Under the pieces are notes generated by a model. That model did not search any database, was not told the DNA's origin, and saw nothing but the letters and a program-made list of their open reading frames with translations. DNA of 41,771 nt from Candidatus Moanibacter sp. (GTDB lineage: Bacteria > Verrucomicrobiota > Verrucomicrobiia > Opitutales > UBA2987), in contig CBDCEW010000073.1 in NCBI GenBank assembly GCA_965215885.1, forward strand, positions 1 to 41,771, in the 5' to 3' direction. The translations under genes and the position numbers were made by a program. Positions 21,832 through 31,370 of the stretch are shown here, piece after piece (positions within the stretch are counted from its first letter, which is position 1; each line of letters starts with the position of its first letter).

Positions 21832-23112
21832 TTAAGAGACGGCCTCTCGTAGCGCTTGGTCGATATCCTCCACGATATCGTCGATATGTTCCAGTCCAAT
21901 GGAAAGGCGGACCAATTCAGGCTTTATGCCTCCTGCCAACTGCGCTTCCTCACTGAGTTGAGAATGCGTTGTCGTGGCCGAGTGGATGGCCAGGCTCTTT
22001 GCGTCGCCGACATTCGCCAGGTGTGAAAAGAGCTTCAGGCTATCGATAAATTTACTCCCGGCTGCTTTTCCACCTTTAATTCCGAAGACGACCATGGCGC
22101 CGCCTTTACCTTTGAGGTATTTCTTGTTCAGCTCATAGTCTGAATCGTCTTCCAGGCCCGGAAATCGAACCCATTCGACGGAAGGATGGTCCTTGAGAAA
22201 CTTCGCTGTCGCCAGTGCGTTCTCACAATGCCGTTCCATGCGCAGGGGCAGCGTCTCAATCCCCTGAAGAAAGATCCAGGCGTTATCCGGCGAGATGCAG
22301 GCGCCGAGATTCCGAAGCGGAATTACGCGCATGCGAATGAGGTAGGAAATTGGATCGAGATCGCCGAGATCATGAGCCCAACGGATGCCGTGATAGCTTT
22401 CATCCGGCTCCGTCATAAGGGGAAATTTGTCCGATTTCCAATCGAACTTACCCGAGTCGACGACGAGACCGCCAATGCCGGTCCCATGGCCACCGAGCCA
22501 TTTTGTGAGGGAGTGGACGAGGATGTCCGCTCCGTAATCTATGGACCGTTGAAGATAGGGCGTAGTAAAGGTTACATCGACGACGAGAGGAATTCCGTGA
22601 GCGTGCGCGATATCGGCGATCTTCTCAATATCAGCCACCTGGAGGAATGGATTACTGACAGTTTCACAGAAGAGCATTTTTGTTTTCGGCGTAATCGCTT
22701 TGGCGAAATTCTCCGGATCTCTCGGATCGACAAAGTTTACCTTGATCCTGAACTGGGGAAAGATGTCGTTAAACATCGTGAAAGTTCCCCCGTAGAGATC
22801 GTTGGCGGAGACGATCTCATCTCCGGCCTCACAGATGTTGATACAGGAGTAGAAAGAGGCGCTCGTGCCAGAAGCCAGAGCCAATCCCGCAGCCCCGCCC
22901 TCCAATTCGGCGACGCGCTTTTCGAGCACGTCCTGGGTGGGGTTCATAATGCGGGAGTAAATATTGCCCAGTTCCTTGAGAGCAAAGAGATTAGCGGCGT
23001 GCTCGGTATTCCTGAATACATAGGAAGTGGTTCGATAGACAGGAACGGCGCGAGCCTGAGTCGTTGGATCGGGTTCTTGACCCCCATGGAGGCAGATCGT
23101 TTCTAGCTTCAT
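21832..23112 (-). CDS. metY: O-acetylhomoserine aminocarboxypropyltransferase / sulfhydrylase
   Basis: IYSRIMNPT, PLP Lys in HSLTKWLGGHG, LANVGDAKSL, TTHSQL. RBS AAGGAG before MKLET. Confidence 0.94.
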   Translation of the reverse strand: MKLETICLHGGQEPDPTTQARAVPVYRTTSYVFRNTEHAANLFALKELGNIYSRIMNPTQDVLEKRVAELEGGAAGLALASGTSASFYSCINICEAGDEIVSANDLYGGTFTMFNDIFPQFRIKVNFVDPRDPENFAKAITPKTKMLFCETVSNPFLQVADIEKIADIAHAHGIPLVVDVTFTTPYLQRSIDYGADILVHSLTKWLGGHGTGIGGLVVDSGKFDWKSDKFPLMTEPDESYHGIRWAHDLGDLDPISYLIRMRVIPLRNLGACISPDNAWIFLQGIETLPLRMERHCENALATAKFLKDHPSVEWVRFPGLEDDSDYELNKKYLKGKGGAMVVFGIKGGKAAGSKFIDSLKLFSHLANVGDAKSLAIHSATTTHSQLSEEAQLAGGIKPELVRLSIGLEHIDDIVEDIDQALREAVS

Positions 23113-23198
23113 GTTATTTCTCCTTTTTAGTGCCAAACGAATTGTCGGCGATTTCGGCTTCAGTTGTGGGCATAATGCCTTCGATTTCAAGGAAATTA

Positions 23199-24527
23199 TC
23201 AGACGCTCAAACCCGCCACATAATAGAGGACAAAGGCAGCTCCCAGAATATAGGAAACGAAAGATACTTCTTTCACTCGACCGCTGAGGAACATGATAAG
23301 AACGTAGGAGAGCAGGCCAAGGGCGAGACCGTCACTGATCGTTGTGAGGGGCATCAGGATAATAGTGAGAGTCGCCGGTCCGCCCACAGCGAGATCGCTG
23401 AAATCCATTTTGGCCACCTCTCCGAACATTAGGAGACCGATGAAAATCAGAGCCGGCGCAGAGGCATAAACCGGAATAATCAGGATGACCGGACTAAAGA
23501 ATAGAGAGAGTGCGAAAAAGAGTGCGACAAAAACGCTGGTGAGACCGGTACGACCACCGGATTCGATACCTGTAGCGGATTCGATATAGCAATTCATGGG
23601 AGCGTTTCCTAACAGGCCGGCACCGGCCGAGGCGAGGGCATCGACAGATAGGGCGGTTTTCGGTCTCAACATATTGCCATCTTCATCGACGAGTCCGCCA
23701 CGAAGACACATCGCCTGCATGGCCACGAGGGAGGAAAACAGATTAAGAAACGTCAATGTAAGCACGACTGGTAGCCCGGTGGCAAAATGGGTCCAAAGGT
23801 AGGAGAGATCGAGGGCCAGCCAAAGCGATGCCATAGATGCCGGAATGTCTACGATGCGTTCCGGGAATTTAGTGATCATGCCTTCGCCACCCGGTGCGGG
23901 CACGAGAAACCCTATCAATGTGGCGACAAATATTGTCATAATGATCGCCCCTGGAATTCTCAGCGCGTGAAGAACGATCATTACTACCACGCTGATGAGG
24001 CAGAGTAGCACCCCGGGCTCAATAACGTTTCCAAGGGAGATCAGCACAGGGGGAGGGGCAGCAGCGATAACGCCCGCCGAATTCAGTCCGATAAACATGA
24101 TAAAGAGACCAATACCGACGGTAAGAGAAGTCTTCATCGTATCGGGAAAGGCTCTGAGAAGTACTTGCCTCATCCCGGTTACGGAAAGGAAGAGGAAGAG
24201 AATCCCGTTATAAAATATCAGTCCGAGGGCGGCCTGCCAGGGGATGCCCATGGCAATAACAACGTTGTAGGCAACGTAGGTATTGCCACCCATCCCGGTC
24301 GCGACGGCGATAGGCAGGTTTGCCATCACGCCCATCAGGAAAGTAAAAATTGCGGCTCCGAGAGCGGTCGTAGTTATGAGTCCCGCTTTATCCATCCCAG
24401 ATGCCGCTAGAATCGAGGGATTGACGGCCAGAACATAGGCCATGGCAGCAAATGTTGTTAAGCCGGCTATGAATTCCGTCTTAACGGAAGTGCCACGGGC
24501 TTGCAGTTTAAAGAGTCTCTCGAGCAT
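23199..24527 (-). CDS. NCS2-family (AzgA/PbuG-like) nucleobase permease
   Basis: TEFIAGLTTF..MAYVLAVNP, IESATGIESGGRTGL; polytopic membrane protein. Confidence 0.92.
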   Translation of the reverse strand: MLERLFKLQARGTSVKTEFIAGLTTFAAMAYVLAVNPSILAASGMDKAGLITTTALGAAIFTFLMGVMANLPIAVATGMGGNTYVAYNVVIAMGIPWQAALGLIFYNGILFLFLSVTGMRQVLLRAFPDTMKTSLTVGIGLFIMFIGLNSAGVIAAAPPPVLISLGNVIEPGVLLCLISVVVMIVLHALRIPGAIIMTIFVATLIGFLVPAPGGEGMITKFPERIVDIPASMASLWLALDLSYLWTHFATGLPVVLTLTFLNLFSSLVAMQAMCLRGGLVDEDGNMLRPKTALSVDALASAGAGLLGNAPMNCYIESATGIESGGRTGLTSVFVALFFALSLFFSPVILIIPVYASAPALIFIGLLMFGEVAKMDFSDLAVGGPATLTIILMPLTTISDGLALGLLSYVLIMFLSGRVKEVSFVSYILGAAFVLYYVAGLSV

Positions 24528-24541
24528 CGGTCTTTCTGGTC

Positions 24542-25864
24542 TTAAGAGCCGAAGGCATAATACAGGACAAAGGCGCCAGCCAGCAGATAGGAAAGCATTG
24601 AGACTTCTCCCCAGCGCCGGGAGAGGAGCATGACCGTAACATAGGCGATCATTCCCAGAGCGAGTCCGTCACTGATGCTGGAAAGCGGCATGAGGATGAT
24701 GCTGAGCGCGGCCGGACCGCCCACGGTGAGGTCGCTGAAATCGATCCTGGAGACATCCTGAAACATAAAAAGGCCGATTAGAATGAGGGCTGGAGCAGTT
24801 GCCTGAATAGGGATTACAACAATGAGTGGATTCAGAAACAGCGCTAAAAGGAAGAAGAGACCGACAAAAACACCGACTAGACCGGTGCGCCCACCTGCTT
24901 CGATACCCGCTGCCGACTCAATGTAACAGTTTGTTGTGGAAGTGCCCATAAGTGCGCCTCCTACAGTGGCGAGGGCGTCGACGGAGAGGGCGGTCGTCGG
25001 TTTGAGCATGTTTCCTTTATGGTCGACCAAACCTCCTCGGCTGCACATGGCCTGCATTGCGACAAGGGAGCCGAATAGGTCGATAAAGAGGAGCGAGATT
25101 ACGACTGGAAAGGTGGTTCCGAAATGTTTCCACAAGTATCCCAGATCGAGGGCCAGCCATAGAGAGGTCATGGCGGTAGGGCTATCGATGATTCGCTCGG
25201 GGGCGGAAGTTATCGTTCCTTCGCCATTGGGGGCGGGAACCAGAGCGCCGATTATCGCAAGTATCACTATCGCGATTATGATCGCTCCTGGGATTCTCAA
25301 CTTCTGTAAGACGATCATCAGAATAAGGCCAAAGAGGCAGAGCAATATAGCCGGTTGGGTAACATCGCCGATCCTTACAAGACCGGGAGGAGGAGCACCG
25401 ACAACAATTCCGGCGGCCTTCAGCCCGATAAACATTATAAAGAGTCCGATGCCTACGGTCAGGGCAGTCTTGATGTCATCGGGAAAGGCCTTGAGGAGCA
25501 TCGCTCTAACGCCGGTCAGGGAAAGAACGAGGAAGACCAATCCGTTATAGAAGACGAGGCCTAGCGCGGCTTGCCACGGTACCCCCATGGCGATCACAAT
25601 CGTAAAGGCAAAGAATGAGTTGGAACTCATACCCGGTGCCATGACAATTGGCAGGTTAGACGCAAATCCCATGATGATACTGAATATGGCGGCGACAAGG
25701 GCGGTCACTGTGATGAGCGCTCCCTTATCCATACCGGCCTGAGCCAGGATGGTGGGGTGCACCGCCAGGACATAAGACATCGTAGCAAATGTCGTGAGGG
25801 CGGCGATGAATTCCCCTTTGAGCGAGGTTCCGCGCGCTTCGAGAGCGAAAATCTTCTCAAGCAT
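24542..25864 (-). CDS. NCS2-family (AzgA/PbuG-like) nucleobase permease, tandem paralogue
   Basis: EFIAALTTF..MSYVLAVHP, APGM, IESAAGIEAGGRTGL; collinear with its neighbour. Confidence 0.92.
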   Translation of the reverse strand: MLEKIFALEARGTSLKGEFIAALTTFATMSYVLAVHPTILAQAGMDKGALITVTALVAAIFSIIMGFASNLPIVMAPGMSSNSFFAFTIVIAMGVPWQAALGLVFYNGLVFLVLSLTGVRAMLLKAFPDDIKTALTVGIGLFIMFIGLKAAGIVVGAPPPGLVRIGDVTQPAILLCLFGLILMIVLQKLRIPGAIIIAIVILAIIGALVPAPNGEGTITSAPERIIDSPTAMTSLWLALDLGYLWKHFGTTFPVVISLLFIDLFGSLVAMQAMCSRGGLVDHKGNMLKPTTALSVDALATVGGALMGTSTTNCYIESAAGIEAGGRTGLVGVFVGLFFLLALFLNPLIVVIPIQATAPALILIGLFMFQDVSRIDFSDLTVGGPAALSIILMPLSSISDGLALGMIAYVTVMLLSRRWGEVSMLSYLLAGAFVLYYAFGS

Positions 25865-25896
25865 TTGTATCTCCGAGAGGCTCTAGCCCGCTTTTC

Positions 25897-27315
25897 TCAC
25901 GGATGTTCGAGGGCACCCGGCTGGGGATTTGGTGCAATGCCGAGCTTGTTCAAGAGGCGATCTCCAAAGTCAAAAGCGCGGCGCATGCATTTGTCAGAAT
26001 CCATATATATGAATTCGCCCGTGCGACCGAGAGTGGCCAATTTTTCGCGCGACTGCACTTCGCCTAGAAGACGTTGAAGGTGTCGTTTGAAATCCTTCCT
26101 GTATATTGGGTAAGCGTAGGGCGCTTTGACTAACATGAGCTGCTTGACGTCAGCGCGCCGAAACAGGCCCTCCGCTTCGAGACTGGGTAGACATTTCTCA
26201 AGCAGTTCCTCAGCGGGGGCATGCCAATCGGCGCTACCGCGGAGACAGCAGATCTCGAGACAGAGGATATTTTCCCCTTCAGGGCTGGTATCCTCCCCGA
26301 ATTTGTTCATTTCCGAGATGCGATTGTAGGGTCGATCAAGAAGATAGATGTAACCACAATCGAGGATGTCCTGCCTTTCCGTAATAATCCCGAGGGCGAC
26401 GAGGGAACGGTAGTCCATGTTGTTGGTAGATTCGAGGACTTCGGCCGATGGCTCGGGGCGCATCATCTTAACAAAGAGATGAAGGGGAATAGTGGAGACG
26501 AGATAACTGCCATGAATTTCTCTGCGTTCCCCTCGCTCTTCAAAATAAACCGTTACCGCATCGTCGGAAACCGTATCAATTTCGATTGCGGGACTCTCTA
26601 AATGGATTCTTCCACCGGCCTTTCGAACAGCGTCGGCCACTCTCTCCGTGATCTCTCCGAATCCCCTCTCGGGATAGTAGGTTGGAAGTTTCTCCCGTTC
26701 TACCTGAGAGAGATTTTTTTCCGAGAGCTTAGACAGAACGAGCATTTTCAAGGTCTTGAAAAAGCTCATTCGAGTGTGGCTGGGAATGGAACGGGAGGAG
26801 AGTTCGTGGCATGGGACCTTCCAAAACTGTTCCGTGTATGGTTTGAAAAAGGACTCGTAGAGGTAATTGCCGAAATTGGCTTTGGCCCATTCCTCAACAG
26901 TTTCCTCTTCCGTATTTGCTCTTCCGTTTTTTCCGAACGCGAACTTACTCTTGAGGAAACTGAAACCCGCTCGCAGCCCGGATATCAGTCCCATCTGAAG
27001 AAGGACCGAAGTCGCGGTCAAAGGATAGTCCAGGTATTTGCCCTTGTAGAGGAATTTGACCGTTCGCGGTTGAGGGGTGAGCGTATTATCAAAAAGATCG
27101 AGAACGGTTCTGAGAACGGCGCGATCTTCCGAGAAAAACGAGTGTGGCCCATAATCGAGGTAGTAATCACCTTCCCGAACCGTTCCCGCAAGCCCACCAA
27201 CCTGTGAATGGGATTCCAGAACGTCCACTTGTACTCCGTTGGAGGCCAATCTCCATGCCAGGCTGAGTCCCGACGCACCGGCACCGAGAATGATGACGTG
27301 GTGCTTCTTATCCAT
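25897..27315 (-). CDS. FAD-dependent oxidoreductase (HemY-like / UDP-galactopyranose mutase-like superfamily)
   Basis: IILGAGASGL dinucleotide fold, VGGL, DYGPH, FFKPYTEQFW, YYPERGFG, AYPIY, LGRTGEFIY. Confidence 0.85.
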   Translation of the reverse strand: MDKKHHVIILGAGASGLSLAWRLASNGVQVDVLESHSQVGGLAGTVREGDYYLDYGPHSFFSEDRAVLRTVLDLFDNTLTPQPRTVKFLYKGKYLDYPLTATSVLLQMGLISGLRAGFSFLKSKFAFGKNGRANTEEETVEEWAKANFGNYLYESFFKPYTEQFWKVPCHELSSRSIPSHTRMSFFKTLKMLVLSKLSEKNLSQVEREKLPTYYPERGFGEITERVADAVRKAGGRIHLESPAIEIDTVSDDAVTVYFEERGERREIHGSYLVSTIPLHLFVKMMRPEPSAEVLESTNNMDYRSLVALGIITERQDILDCGYIYLLDRPYNRISEMNKFGEDTSPEGENILCLEICCLRGSADWHAPAEELLEKCLPSLEAEGLFRRADVKQLMLVKAPYAYPIYRKDFKRHLQRLLGEVQSREKLATLGRTGEFIYMDSDKCMRRAFDFGDRLLNKLGIAPNPQPGALEHP

Positions 27316-27799
27316 GGAGGAGTTGATCGAGGAACAATTGAAATCCGCCTAACCCGCTTATCTGACAAACTTTCGTCGGAGCAACCTTCAAAGATAAGTG
27401 GGTTAGAAAGCGAAACCCCGTCGTGCCGTCCGGCATGTCTGTCGGAGGTTTTGTAATCCCTATTCTTGAAGGCCTCTTGCTGAAGTCAATTTATGATTCT
27501 GCTGAGAAATCCCTGATTCTTGCCTGTCTGTGTCAAAGAAACTGAACCCCGGCTTGCCGGGGTCCAACTACTAAAACAACGTAAATCCACACACCTTCAC
27601 AAAGAGGAGAAGGGCTTGTCTTAGTGGAATCTCCCTAGCAGATTCAGCCCCGGTAGAATGGAAGGCATTTATAAAGATGACCGCGAAGTGTTGGCTGGGC
27701 GTCGCCTTGGGCCGGCATGGAAAGAGGAGATACTTATCTGCCTCTCGCTTCTTCTGTGCACGCTCATCATCTATGGGCAGACGATAAACTTCAAATTTA

Positions 27800-29283
27800 G
27801 GGTCTACAGCAGAATCTGTGGGTGGGTAACGTCGCTTACAAGAGGAAATAGAGTCGGTGAGCACAAGGAGAAGTCAGGGCGCTGCCCTGAATCCCGCTCC
27901 TCCACAGCCGGAGGGGCTGGTCGGTGTTTTCTTTGCATATGGGATTGAAAGGTTGAAGCACCGGGCCGTTCCGAGGATGAAAGTAGTACCGAAAATACAT
28001 CCTGAACACGGAGGACCCAGTGCTCATCAAAACGCTACTGAATCGGTGCTATTGGCTCAAGAGCTTTGTTTACGCAAAGGCGAGTATGGAAATGGTGAAA
28101 TCGGAGGAGGCGATTGTGGTGCAGATTGAGCCGCGCAAGAATAGGCGGGTGTGCTGTTCGGGGTGTGGCCGGACGGCCAGCGGCTACGACCACATGAGCG
28201 AGGCGAGGCATTTTGAATTTGTGCCCTTGTGGGGGATGAAGGTGTATTTTCGTTACCGCATGCGGCGGGTCAATTGCCGGCGGTGCGGGGTGAAGGTCGA
28301 AGAGGTGCCCTGGGCCAAGGGCAAGAGTCATCTGAGTTGGCCAATGCAATGGTTTCTGGCCCAGTGGGCGAGGCGCTTGAGCTGGGAAGAGACGGCAAGG
28401 GTTTTTCGCACGAACTGGCGCAACGTCTTCGAGTCGGTCGAGGCGATGGTGCGGTGGGGGCTCAAACGGCGCGATATGAGCGGGATTGAGGCGATCGGAG
28501 TCGATGAGGTGCAGTATCATCGAGGCCATCACTATCTCACCGTGGTCTACCAGCTTGACGAGGGGCGGCGGCGGCTATTGGGCGTATTCAATAAGCGCAA
28601 CGTAAAATCGCTCTTGCGTTTTTTCTGGGAATTGGGAGCGCAAAAGAGCAGCCAGATCCTCTACGTCTGCTCGGATCTGTGGAAGCCTTACCTCAAAGTG
28701 ATCAAGAAAAAGGCACCCCAGGCGCTGCACATCCTCGATCGCTTCCACTTGGTAGCCAACCTGAACATTGGCCCTCAATGAGATTCGTGCTGCGGAAGCC
28801 AGGCGATTGCAACGGGACGGCTACATCAACGTGCTGGTCAAAAGCAAATACTGTTTCTTGAAAAATCCGCAAAATCTCACCCCCACCCAACAGATCCGCC
28901 TCAAGGAGGTGCTCCAATACGATCTGAAGAGCGTGCGGGCCTATCTACTAAAGGAGAGCTTTCAGCTCTTGTGGCATTATAAAAGTCCCTACTGGGCCCA
29001 ATGGTATCTGAAAAAATGGTGCACGCGCGCCATGCGTTCGCGCCTCAAACCGATCAAAAGGTTCGTGCGCTCGGTGCGCAAACACGAGCCGCTCATCCTC
29101 AACTGGTTTCGGGCCAAAAAGGCCTTTTCCTGCGGCATTGTGGAGGGCTTTAACCGCAATATAAATCTCACTATCAGAAAAGCATACGGCTTTAAGAGCT
29201 TCGAAGTGCTTAAGATCGCCCTATTTCATACCATGGCCGACTTGCCTGAACCCGAAATAACCCACAGATTCTGCTGACGAGGC
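27800..29283 (+). mobile_element. ISL3-family insertion sequence with 8-bp target duplication
   Basis: IR core CAGCAGAATCTGTGGGT / ACCCACAGATTCTGCTG. CAAATTTA at 27792-27799 and 29284-29291 (7 bp if the right end is one base longer). Confidence 0.92.
28020..29277 (+). pseudogene. ISL3 transposase, frameshifted at ~28768
   Basis: Zinc finger CSGC...CRRC, IGVDE, VCSDLW, LDRFH, then continuation ALNEIRAAE...VEGFN...AYGF in the next frame. Confidence 0.88.
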
Positions 29284-31370
29284 CAAATTTATAAGCCTCG
29301 ATGACGCCGGTCACGTCTATGATAACCGTAAGGTAACGGACGGCTTGAGTCTCCGGTCCCTTCGTTGGTCTATGACGACTGGCTATGAAGGAGACTTCAA
29401 CCCGCTAACCTGGCTTTCCCATATAATCAGCTGGGAGGTCTTTGGCGCGGATGCGGGAGGGCACCACCTGGTAAACGTTTTGATTCATTCGCTCAACGGG
29501 ATTCTTCTCTTTCTGGTGCTTCGTGCCTTAACAGGGTGTCGGTGGGAGAGCGCAGTCGTTGCCCTGCTATTTTCAATTCACCCGCTACATGTTGAATCGG
29601 TCGCCTGGGTAAGCGAACGAAAGGATGTTCTGTGCGGACTTTTCTGGATTCTCACGATTGGCGCGTATGCCAGGTATGTTCGCAAGCCCCGCAGCTTCGG
29701 CCCTTATGTGTGCTGCACACTCGCATTTGGCGCTGCCTTGCTCTCGAAACCGATGGCCGTTACTCTCCCCTTTGTCTTGCTTCTGCTCGACTATTGGCCA
29801 CTGAAGCGCCTGGCTGATTCGGAAGGGAGATCAAGAAGAGGAGGAAATCGATTATCTTCCGGAACGGGTTGGGTTATCCTTGAGAAAGTACCCCTCTTCA
29901 TCATGGCGGGAATTGTAGCCATGATATCGTTTTCGGTGACCAAGGATGCGGGTGCTTTGCCTTCCCTGGAAAACATCTCACTTCCAGACAGAATGGAAAA
30001 CGCTCTCGTATCGTATGTATCGTATATGGGGCAGTTGATCTGGCCCCGGGATTTGGCGATATTCTATCCCCATCCGAGAGGCGGACTGCCTCTCTGGCAA
30101 GTAATCAGCGACTCGGGCCTACTCGTATTGATCACCGCAGGGGCAGTAAGGATTGCGGTGCCTGTGCCCTATCTTTTGGTGGGATGGTTCTGGTATCTCG
30201 GAACCCTCGTTCCCGTTATAGGTATAGTGCAAGCCGGGGAGCAGGTAATGGCGGACCGCTACACCTACTTGACACAGATCGGTCTCTACATCGCGCTCGT
30301 TTGGGGGATGAGGGATCTCAGTGTGCGTTTTCCCCGTCTTCGGAATTCTATCTTCGCAGGCACAGCCTTAATATCGATTTGTCTTACCGTTGCGGCGTGG
30401 CATCAGGCGGGAATCTGGCGGGACAGCGAGACAGTGTTTAGACACGCTCTCCGAGTAACGCGCGACAACGATACGGTGCATACTTTTCTTGCCGAAGTGT
30501 TTATCGATGAAGGCAGATATGAGGAAGCCGAGGCTCATTGCTACGAGGCGCTTCGCATCGAGCCGAACCATTCCGGGGCCTTTTTTGAATTGGGCCGGGT
30601 GTTTGAGGAGCGTGGAGAACTGGACCGATCGCGGGACTTTTATCTCAAGGCTCTGGATATTAACAGGGATTATTTTGAGGCACTTGTCGGCCTCGCTACG
30701 GTCCTGCAGATGCAGGGATCTCTTTCAGGGGCAGTCCGCCATTTTCGACGCGCACTCGAATTGAAGCCGGATGACCCGATATTATATTACAATCTCGGCA
30801 ACGCGTTTGAGGAACGGATGGAATGGGCTGAAGCAATTATTCATTACAATCAGGCGGTGCTTCTCCAACCGAATGACTCCGAGATCCACACCAACCTTGC
30901 AGCACTCCTGGTAAAGTTGGATAATCTTGAAGAGGCGGAAGACCATTTCAGAAGGGCGCTCGATCTGAACCCGAACGATCCGGTAGCTCATTATAATTTC
31001 GGCGATCTTCTGGCTCGGATGCAAATGCCGGAGCAGGCAACAATACACTATGAGGCCGCCATCCGTTTACGGCCGCGTTTCGAAGAAGCACATATCAATT
31101 TGGGTGTCCTTTTCTACCGAAACGGTGATTTGGATAAAGCCGCGAAATACTTTGAGCGGACCCTTGAGATTAATCCGGATAACCCGGTCGCCCGGGGCAA
31201 TTTAGAGACTCTTAAGGGTAAGTTGAAAGATAGTGATGGGTAGGTCGTGGATGGTTGTCGCCCGTTTGGCGAGAACCCGGCATAAACTATTTGTTTTCTG
31301 GAGAAGGAAGCTGAGATTCTTAATGTTGGTCAGCGCTTGCTTTACCGACCCCACTCTGGAATCCTATCTA

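Larger units (their letters stand above)
27658..31243 (+). pseudogene. TMTC-like GT-C membrane glycosyltransferase with C-terminal TPRs, split by ISL3
   Basis: Removing the IS and one target duplicate restores ...INFKF-ISLDDAGHVYDN...GL in frame. HPLHVESVAWVSERKD, SKPM, ADRYTY, multiple TPR units. Confidence 0.9.

Noticed and set aside
22186..23106. 306-aa plus-strand ORF and similar long antisense ORFs over ppdK, NCS2 and aepX/aepY
   Set aside because: Antisense shadows of well-supported genes.
27531..27620. Possible truncated IS end (TGTCAAAGAAACTG..., hairpin, AGGAG)
   Set aside because: No partner inverted repeat or transposase fragment could be found.
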